Virus record (IMG/VR): IMGVR_UViG_3300049215_000527 | Location: 21,178-85,177 of that record | Length of the DNA: 64,000 nucleotides | Direction: 5' to 3' (one strand) | Origin: a virus | Shown here: one piece after another, positions 57,321-64,000 of the stretch | Numbering within the stretch: the stretch's first letter is position 1 | Layout: each line of letters starts with the position of its first letter | Notes under the pieces: generated by a model | The model's database searches: none | Seen by the model: only the letters and a program-made list of their open reading frames with translations | Told to the model about the DNA's origin: nothing | Position numbers and translations under genes: made by a program

Positions 57321-57695
57321 ATGATCAACAAAGTTTCACGCCCCATGCCCGATCTGCCGGAGTGGCGCTTCCGTGACTGGCTGCGGATGCAATCCCCCGT
57401 CACCTGCGTGGGCTATGCGTTACATGGTGAATCATGCCCCCTCGCCAACTGGCTCAGCGAGGAGGTGCTCGAAGGTGTGACCGAGATCTTCGTCACCGAG
57501 GATCAGATCGACGTGCGGCATGGCGAGGATGACTTCTACACGACCTATCGCCCCCATGCCTGGATGCAAACCTTCATCGAGCGCGTGGATGATATCGGTA
57601 AGGAGCGCGACGACAGCGAGCGCGACATCACGGCGGGCATGGCGCTGGAACTCCTCGCCGATATCCACGTGTGGGAACTGGCGGTGGCGGCATGA
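57321..57695 (+). CDS. Hypothetical phage protein
   Basis: SCPLANWL; acidic; coupled. Confidence 0.5.
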   Translation: MINKVSRPMPDLPEWRFRDWLRMQSPVTCVGYALHGESCPLANWLSEEVLEGVTEIFVTEDQIDVRHGEDDFYTTYRPHAWMQTFIERVDDIGKERDDSERDITAGMALELLADIHVWELAVAA

Positions 57696-58020
57696 ATGAC
57701 GACCTCTTGGCGCAACGCATCCTGGCGGTCCTCGACGACGAAGATGCACTCGATCATCTGTACGACGCCACGGTGCAAGAGGGCGACCTCACGGATAGCC
57801 TGCGGTTCCAGGAACTGGTGATTGCCCTACGGCAGCGGCAAGGGGAGCGGCAGAATGCCTGACGACGAATTGGGGGCATGGCGGATCATCCTGCTCATTG
57901 CCAACGCCGTGATGGCGCTGTGTGGCATGGTGGCCTGCATCCTGGCGGCGATTCTCCGCCGCCGCCCCATTCGTCGGGAGTGGCAAGACCCTCGGTAGAC
58001 CTTGGTGAGGCGGTGGGTGG

Positions 58021-58362
58021 ATGGAAACGGTCAGTCTGGCGACGTGGCAACGACAGGCGGCATGGCTCGAAGTTTATTGCAAACAGCACCCGTGTGAGGC
58101 ATGGGGCTGGGAACGGCTCGGTTTCATCCTGCGGCGGTGCGGACGGCCACAGGCGGCGGTGCGGGCCTATCGCAAGGCCATTGACCTGGATGCCACCGCC
58201 TACACCTGGGTGATGCTGGGGCTGGCCCACCACGAGGCAGGCCACCTACACGCCGCGCACATGGCGTTTATCACGGCAGCGGCGATGGACCAGGATGAGC
58301 AAGACTGGCTCATTAGACTCGGTTATCTCGAAGCGATTTTGACGGGAAAGGAAGCAGCATAA
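58021..58362 (+). CDS. TPR-repeat protein
   Basis: AWGWERLGFILRRCGRPQAAVRAYRKAIDLD...TWVMLGLAHHEAG. Confidence 0.8.
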   Translation: METVSLATWQRQAAWLEVYCKQHPCEAWGWERLGFILRRCGRPQAAVRAYRKAIDLDATAYTWVMLGLAHHEAGHLHAAHMAFITAAAMDQDEQDWLIRLGYLEAILTGKEAA

Positions 58363-58604
58363 TGATTCACCCGAACCTCATGACGATAGATGACCCGCGT
58401 CGCCTGGCAGGGCTGACCCTCAAGGCGATCCTGGCCCAACTGGACATGACACCCTATGCCTTTGCTGACCGGGCGGGATTGAAACGCGACACGGTGGTGC
58501 TAGTGGCGGCGGGCCGTGCCACCCCACGAGACGCCACCAAAGCAAAGATCGCCGCTGCCCTGGGCATGGCGGTCAAGGATATCGTGTGGGAGGTGGTCCC
58601 ATGA
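58362..58604 (+). CDS. XRE HTH protein
   Basis: LKAILAQLDMTPYAFADRAGL...KIAAALGMAVKDI. Confidence 0.8.
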   Translation: MIHPNLMTIDDPRRLAGLTLKAILAQLDMTPYAFADRAGLKRDTVVLVAAGRATPRDATKAKIAAALGMAVKDIVWEVVP

Positions 58605-59320
58605 TCCTACAACAGCTACGGCACTGGTTGGCCCGCTGGCAACGGACGCTACCCACCACACCGCCCCCTGTGACCTTGCCGGGTAATCTCCCTGTCATGC
58701 CCTATCAGGCGAGTGTGTACGACTATCTGGCGGCAGACACCCAACTGGCCCTGACACCGCCGCCGCCCCCACCGCCTTACAACATCTTGTGGGAAGCGGA
58801 GGCCATTGCGGCGGCGGAATGGCGGCGCATCACTGGCAAGGGTGACGCCAAGAGCCAGATTGCCACCTGCCCGGTAGCACGCCCGGTCCTGGCCACCCAG
58901 GCCCAAGCCTGCCTCGACCAGTTATCCGAAAGCGTGCTGCTCACCAAAGATAAACTCCCGCTCCTGCCAGCCTGGCGGGATGAGCTCGATTATCTCGGTC
59001 ATCAGTGCCTGCGTCGCCACATCAATGATGCCCAGTTCGCCATGACGCTGCCAGAGCAAACCCGCCTGACCTGGGCCATTGACCACGGCTTTATCCGTCT
59101 GAGCATCCACGTCTTCTATCCCCCGTCGTGGGGCCATGAGGATGCATGGGTGATGCAGGTCGTTGCCCCCTTGGCCGAGATTGTAGTGCACACGATGGAC
59201 CTGCCCCTCTATTGCCTGGATGACCTCGAATTCGTGCGCCCTATCCCCGCTTATTCGGACGATGAGGCGATGTGGTCTTTCACCCTCTGGGAAGAGGACG
59301 TTTCGGCGGAGGTGGCCTGA
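58601..59320 (+). CDS. Hypothetical protein
   Basis: GGAGG RBS; ATGA coupling. Confidence 0.5.
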   Translation: MILQQLRHWLARWQRTLPTTPPPVTLPGNLPVMPYQASVYDYLAADTQLALTPPPPPPPYNILWEAEAIAAAEWRRITGKGDAKSQIATCPVARPVLATQAQACLDQLSESVLLTKDKLPLLPAWRDELDYLGHQCLRRHINDAQFAMTLPEQTRLTWAIDHGFIRLSIHVFYPPSWGHEDAWVMQVVAPLAEIVVHTMDLPLYCLDDLEFVRPIPAYSDDEAMWSFTLWEEDVSAEVA

Positions 59321-59698
59321 TGCGCAAGACCCACATTGTCATCCTCGGTCTCATGGGTGCCACCTTGCTCAACCTGATGCCCTACATCACGGTGCAATGG
59401 TTTGAGTTTCTGACTTCCGCCGCGCTATTCGCCTGGGCGTGTCTCACCTGTGCCTCTTGGAAGGAGGGCCAGTAATGCTGCTCTTTCGCAACGCCATCGT
59501 GCAGTACACGCATATTAGTTGCAATTTTGATAACCAATATGTTCAGGTCGCCTATGACGGCGCGCGCAACGAGTATGTGGTGACACGCGATAAAAGGGTC
59601 GCGAAGCGCCTGCGCGATCTGCCGAGCCTACAAGTGTGGATGGAGCAGGTGATGCCCGGCATCACCCACACCGCTTGCTGGCGTGGGGAGGTGCAACG

Positions 59699-60163
59699 AT
59701 GACGGCACATGCAACCCTGCGGGCGGTGGATAGCAACATCATTCATGTGGCATGGCCCAGCCGTGCCCCCGATGTGCGCGTGTTCGTGGCGGGTGTGCCC
59801 GTGAGTGAAAATCACAATCGGGCGCTGGCGGGGCAAGTAACGGCACGCGGTGGGCGGCGGCAATATCAGACCGCCGCAACCCAGGCCTGGCGCGGCGCGG
59901 TCATGGTGGCCGTGCGCAACCACCTCACCCAACGACACATCACGCTTACCCCGCCATTGGCCGTGGTCTGCATTTTTGTGAACACCACGGGCGATCCCCC
60001 AAACTATCTCAAAACTACGCTGGATGCCATCCAAGACGCGACTCATATCAACGACAAAACGTATCGGCCACTCATGGTCGATGGGCAACGCCATAAAGGC
60101 CACCCCAAAGGGGTCCTCATTGAACTGTGGTCTGCGCCTGGACCCAATGGAGACGCGGCATGA
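59699..60163 (+). CDS. RusA-like Holliday junction resolvase
   Basis: GVPVSEN...PLAVVCIF...GDPPNYLKTTLDAIQ...INDK. Confidence 0.7.
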   Translation: MTAHATLRAVDSNIIHVAWPSRAPDVRVFVAGVPVSENHNRALAGQVTARGGRRQYQTAATQAWRGAVMVAVRNHLTQRHITLTPPLAVVCIFVNTTGDPPNYLKTTLDAIQDATHINDKTYRPLMVDGQRHKGHPKGVLIELWSAPGPNGDAA

Positions 60164-60525
60164 AGAAGATCGCCTCCCTCGATCCCCTCGACGCCCTGCG
60201 CGCCTTTCGTGCCGCCTACGACGGGGTGACGGCCTTGGGCACCGAGTATGGCGATTACAACGACTTCGACCTGCAACTGAGCCTGAAGCCAGAGCACAGC
60301 GATTTCTACCGTGAGATGACCGGGCGGCACATCCTGGTCATCACGGTGAACCACGACGATCAGACGATCTTTGCCGAGATCGACGCCACCTGCATCGCCA
60401 TGTGGCTCGGCTTCTGGCGTGAGACGGCATGGGTGCATGAGTTGGCGATAGGCAAGGCGGCGATCCACCGCTACACGACCATAGGGAAGATGAGGATTGA
60501 TGATGAACGACGAGACGACGCCTGA
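60160..60525 (+). CDS. Hypothetical protein
   Basis: Coupled ORF. Confidence 0.45.
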   Translation: MKKIASLDPLDALRAFRAAYDGVTALGTEYGDYNDFDLQLSLKPEHSDFYREMTGRHILVITVNHDDQTIFAEIDATCIAMWLGFWRETAWVHELAIGKAAIHRYTTIGKMRIDDERRDDA

Positions 60526-61291
60526 TAGTCCGGCGAGCACGGTGGTGACGGTGCTGCCAGCACCATTGACGGAAGCACCGACGGCAGACGATCCGGGGCA
60601 GACAGGGGAAGTGCCCGTGACGGCGGGGCCTGTTCCACCGCCGTACCTCACGCCGGGCTGGGACGATGCCAAAAAGGCGCACCTCAAAGAGGGCGATGGT
60701 CATCGCTGGTGGCGTAAGACGCCGTGGGGCCGCGAGATGCCTCTTGAGGCATTCCAAAGCTACAACGACAGTTACCTCGGCTACCTCACCCGCCAGCAGT
60801 TGCAGCGGAATTTCTATCGAGACCGCACCACCTTTCGGGTGGCCATGCTGATTGTGCTCATCGCCCCGTTCCTCTTCACCTTCGGCGGCTATCAATTGGG
60901 GCGGCGCTACGTCGCGCAAGATCCCTCCACCATTGGCTATCTCTATACATCGGGCGGGGTGGCCATCTACATTGAATTGTTCCCGAAAGGCGCCCACGGC
61001 GTGCAGGGGACGTGGTTTCAAACGGATAGCACAGGCGCGGCAGGCCAGGATGAATACGCCATCACGGGCACGGTGCTGGACGGCGTAACACTGCAAATCC
61101 AGTACACCGACAACCAACAAGTCACTCATCAATACGTCTTCGAGCTGCAATCGCCCTGGCCGGGGGACGGTCTGGCCGATGGGTCGGGCATCCTGGATAG
61201 TGACAGTGGCCCGATCACCTTCCAGCCCGCCACCTATGCCGATTGGTTTTCCGCTCGGTGCAGCATCAGTGGCTGCAACACCACGCCATAA
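60497..61291 (+). CDS. Membrane-anchored protein with an extracellular beta domain
   Basis: One TM (VAMLIVLIAPFLFTFGG); SGG.AIY.E.. domain; terminal Cys pair. Confidence 0.65.
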   Translation: MMMNDETTPDSPASTVVTVLPAPLTEAPTADDPGQTGEVPVTAGPVPPPYLTPGWDDAKKAHLKEGDGHRWWRKTPWGREMPLEAFQSYNDSYLGYLTRQQLQRNFYRDRTTFRVAMLIVLIAPFLFTFGGYQLGRRYVAQDPSTIGYLYTSGGVAIYIELFPKGAHGVQGTWFQTDSTGAAGQDEYAITGTVLDGVTLQIQYTDNQQVTHQYVFELQSPWPGDGLADGSGILDSDSGPITFQPATYADWFSARCSISGCNTTP

Positions 61292-61531
61292 GGAGTACGG
61301 CCATGCCCTTCTTTTTGCAAGTCATGCGCGATAAAGAGACGAGCAGTTGGGGAGTCTTTTTGCGCAAAGATACGGGGCAGGACTCTATTCACTTTCCGAC
61401 ACATTGCTTGTCCTTGTACGCCACACGCGCGCGGGCATGGAAAGAGGCAGAGCAGTTAGGCGAGTTCATGGATTGCGACGTGTACAACGGAAGGCAAATC
61501 AAGATCAGGAATACGAGAACGGAGCACGGCC

Positions 61532-62083
61532 ATGAAACAGTATAAAGATCTGCTCGTGTTCACGGCGGTATGTATTCTCGCCATGGCAGGGATCGTCTAT
61601 TTCACCACCCAACTGCCCCCTGCAACCATAACGGTGAACGTGGCAATTCCCACGAGCCAGACGGTGTGGCAGCACGATACGACGGGGCAGGCATCCTATA
61701 TGGCCGTAAGCGGCGATACCATCTTCTATTTGACTTGGGAGGCAGACGTGGCAGGGAACATCACCGCCAACACGCTAACAGGGATACCACAGGGGGCAAG
61801 TTTCTTTAGCACGAGTAACCCAAAGACTTGTCAAACGAGCAGCGGCGCACTCACTGGGGGCAATATCGGTGATGACCTGATCCTCCTACAATTCGTTGAT
61901 CCTCACGAATTACCCGTGCAATTCTCTGGCATCTATCATCCAGGAGATCCCACGTTCACCGTCACGCAAAGTCCAGTGAGTGACACCGCATTCGCATCGA
62001 CGCTGACATTCCATGAAGCGACCTATCTTGACTTCCAAACCGCCACGAATGGGGCTAATTACAATCAGCAATGCGGAGGATAA
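61532..62083 (+). CDS. Membrane-anchored paralog of 60497-61291
   Basis: N-terminal TM; SGDTIFYLTW...TLTFHEATYLDF resembles SGGVAIYIEL...PITFQPATYADW. Confidence 0.65.
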   Translation: MKQYKDLLVFTAVCILAMAGIVYFTTQLPPATITVNVAIPTSQTVWQHDTTGQASYMAVSGDTIFYLTWEADVAGNITANTLTGIPQGASFFSTSNPKTCQTSSGALTGGNIGDDLILLQFVDPHELPVQFSGIYHPGDPTFTVTQSPVSDTAFASTLTFHEATYLDFQTATNGANYNQQCGG

Positions 62084-62360
62084 CGATGCTGACCCGTTGT
62101 ACCTGCCCCTGTGGGCATACGCACCTCGTGGTCGCCGACCCTGACGAGCAGGAGCAACGCACCATGCGCGGTCTCGCCTATGCCATCCTCGCCGTGTTGG
62201 TGGTGAGTCTAGTGGTCATGGGAACCATCGGCATCTGGTTCGGGAGCGGGGCCTATCACACGATTCTCGCGCACTAGACTGATAGCTGAGTAAAAGAAAG
62301 TTGATGAAATCATCATGGTAGAAAAACGGGCAACCGCCCTTGACGTAGGGAAGTGACGCT

Positions 62361-62534
62361 ATGAAACGTGGCCCATCCGTGCCATCATGGCAGCAGGGCA
62401 ATCGCGTCGCCAAAAACAGGAAGGCCGCCGAGGGATCGCAACGCATTCCTGATGAGGCCCTGATGCGCCTGGGCAAACTCTTTTGGCAGATTGCCAGCGA
62501 AAAAGCCGAACGGGAGGTCCGTCGTGCCGCGTAA
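62361..62534 (+). CDS. Small basic protein overlapping the integrase start (candidate RDF)
   Basis: 57 aa MKRGPSVPSW...LMRLGKLFWQIASEKAEREVRRAA; read manually. Confidence 0.45.
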   Translation: MKRGPSVPSWQQGNRVAKNRKAAEGSQRIPDEALMRLGKLFWQIASEKAEREVRRAA

Positions 62535-64000
62535 ACCACAAGCCCTTTTCCCGCCAGGGACACCGCCCAAGCCGTGCATGTACACGCGCGTCAGCAAGGC
62601 CGAACAAGCGCAAGGGTACAGCTTGGATGAGCAACGGCGCGATAACCGCGCCTATGCCCTGCGCATGTTCGGCTGTGACGTGCCGGAAAGTGCGGCATTT
62701 CGGGATGAGGGCATCAGTGGCACATTGGACGAACTGGAAGACCGCCCCGGCTTTCGCGCGATGGCTGAGGCCTGTTACGCGGGCCAGTATACCCATATCA
62801 TCATCCATAAGACGGACCGCTGGGCGCGCAACACCGCGCTTTCCACGACGGTGGCTCGCAAACTGAATCAGTTGGGCATCCCCATCATCAGCGTGATGGA
62901 GGGCATCGACACGTCCACTCCCGCTGGTATGCAGATGTTCCAAAATTCCAGCATCTTTGCGGAGTATTTCAGCACGCTCTTATCCATCAATGTGAAGATG
63001 GGCAAACGGGGGGAATTGCGGCGAGGCATCAACATCGGCGTGGAACTGTGGGGCGCGATACGCGGCCCGGAAAAGGTCAGCATTGCCGATACCCGCCCAC
63101 TCACCATCACCGCCCGTGATGGCACGACCCAACAGACGACGCGCCATGATGGGGCCATATGGATGTTTACGCTCTGCGCTGATGGGCAGACGCCACGGGC
63201 GATTGCCGATGCGCTGAATGCCGCTGGCTATCGCCATGATAACCGCGCGGGCAAGCCGCTGCTGTTTGCGCGTGCCACGGTGCGCCGCATGCTCTTGAGC
63301 CGCTTCTACATTGGCGAGATCCAGCATCAGGGGGCGTGGCATCCGGGTGCACATGGGGAAATTATCCCCCGCGCGCTGTGGGACCGCGCCCAAGCGGCGC
63401 TCGCCCGCCATCGGGCCAATCCCCAAACACAACCAGCACAGGCCACGCAACACGCGCTCGGCGGCGGCATGCTGCACTGCCTGGCGTGCTATGAGCAAGG
63501 ACTTGAGGCGCATTGGCATTCCAAGATTAGCACGCGGTTTGCGAGCGGCACACGCTACATGTGTGCCAACCGCGATCAGCGCCGCCTGTGCACGCAGTCG
63601 AGTATCCGCAAGGACCATCTGGACAATCAGGTGCGTGGCATCTTAGCGGCCTATACCTTGAATGAGGCTGAGGTGACGCGGCTACTGGCCTTGCAACCAG
63701 CCCAGCCCGATGCGCCCACCATTGTGGATGTGGCCGCGCAGGTGAAGCGCCTTGAGCAACGGTTAGAACGCGAACGGCTCTTGTACCGCGAAGGCGACCA
63801 AACCTTGGCAGAGTATCGCGCCCAAAAACAAAAGATCGCGGCGCAGATCGCCGAACTACGGGTGGCTGAGCCACAGCCCGCCATTGATCATCTGGCGCAA
63901 GTGGCGACGTATGCCGCGTCTTGGGTGCAAGCCTGGGATGATGCGAGTTCCGCGCAACGCCGGGCGCTGGTGCGCGAATTGTTCGTGGCATTGTGGGTGA
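62524..64000 (+). CDS. Large serine recombinase (integrase), 3' partial
   Basis: GGAGG RBS plus GTG; YTRVS nucleophile, DEGISG, DRWAR, recombinase domain, LHCLAC...YMC Zn ribbon, coiled coil; no stop before the window end, so absent from the ORF track. Confidence 0.95.
   Translation, partial: MPRKPQALFPPGTPPKPCMYTRVSKAEQAQGYSLDEQRRDNRAYALRMFGCDVPESAAFRDEGISGTLDELEDRPGFRAMAEACYAGQYTHIIIHKTDRWARNTALSTTVARKLNQLGIPIISVMEGIDTSTPAGMQMFQNSSIFAEYFSTLLSINVKMGKRGELRRGINIGVELWGAIRGPEKVSIADTRPLTITARDGTTQQTTRHDGAIWMFTLCADGQTPRAIADALNAAGYRHDNRAGKPLLFARATVRRMLLSRFYIGEIQHQGAWHPGAHGEIIPRALWDRAQAALARHRANPQTQPAQATQHALGGGMLHCLACYEQGLEAHWHSKISTRFASGTRYMCANRDQRRLCTQSSIRKDHLDNQVRGILAAYTLNEAEVTRLLALQPAQPDAPTIVDVAAQVKRLEQRLERERLLYREGDQTLAEYRAQKQKIAAQIAELRVAEPQPAIDHLAQVATYAASWVQAWDDASSAQRRALVRELFVALWV

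Larger units (their letters stand above)
1..64000. mobile_element. Temperate siphovirus-type prophage/phage genome (partial at both ends)
   Basis: Ordered portal, MuF, protease, capsid, adaptor, tail tube, tape measure, Dit/Tal and lysis genes; CI/Cro-type switch; large serine recombinase; no host housekeeping genes. Confidence 0.96.

Noticed and set aside
62359-63991. Several minus-strand ORFs listed over the window end
   Set aside because: They are antisense to the large serine recombinase, which the track missed because it has no stop in the window
1-64000. tRNA/rRNA genes, IS elements, inteins
   Set aside because: No cloverleaf, transposase or intein motifs recognised by eye; tRNAscan-SE and HMM searches would be needed to exclude them formally

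Overview
The whole window is a large temperate siphovirus-type (pro)phage; the terminase and the right attachment end lie outside it. The style of its XRE regulators suggests a Chloroflexota (Ktedonobacteria-like) host, which is an inference. Layout: a + strand morphogenesis and lysis arm (1-39841), a - strand accessory and regulatory arm (39911-54347: sigma-70, CsrA, ParA/ParB-like, DUF5131, Ser/Thr kinase, XRE repressors), then a + strand early arm (54589-64000: Cro, Sak4-like recombinase, RusA-like nuclease, large serine recombinase running off the end). The most striking feature is a set of modular polyvalent proteins: portal-2H phosphoesterase-GNAT, two proteins carrying SAP/HEH-like repeats, and a ParB fusion. 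All are punctuated by the same helix-xxR|[FYW]...RGxxG[RK] linker. I infer this is a capsid-loading and prohead-protease-release signal for effectors injected with the DNA. Other highlights: an ORF-less group I intron (27871-28122) in the tape measure gene next to a free-standing antisense GIY-YIG endonuclease, a structured non-coding island with repeated inverted motifs (7240-8130), a self-regulated moron, and two tandem candidate sRNAs upstream of the kinase. All family assignments come from motif recognition by eye; no searches were run.
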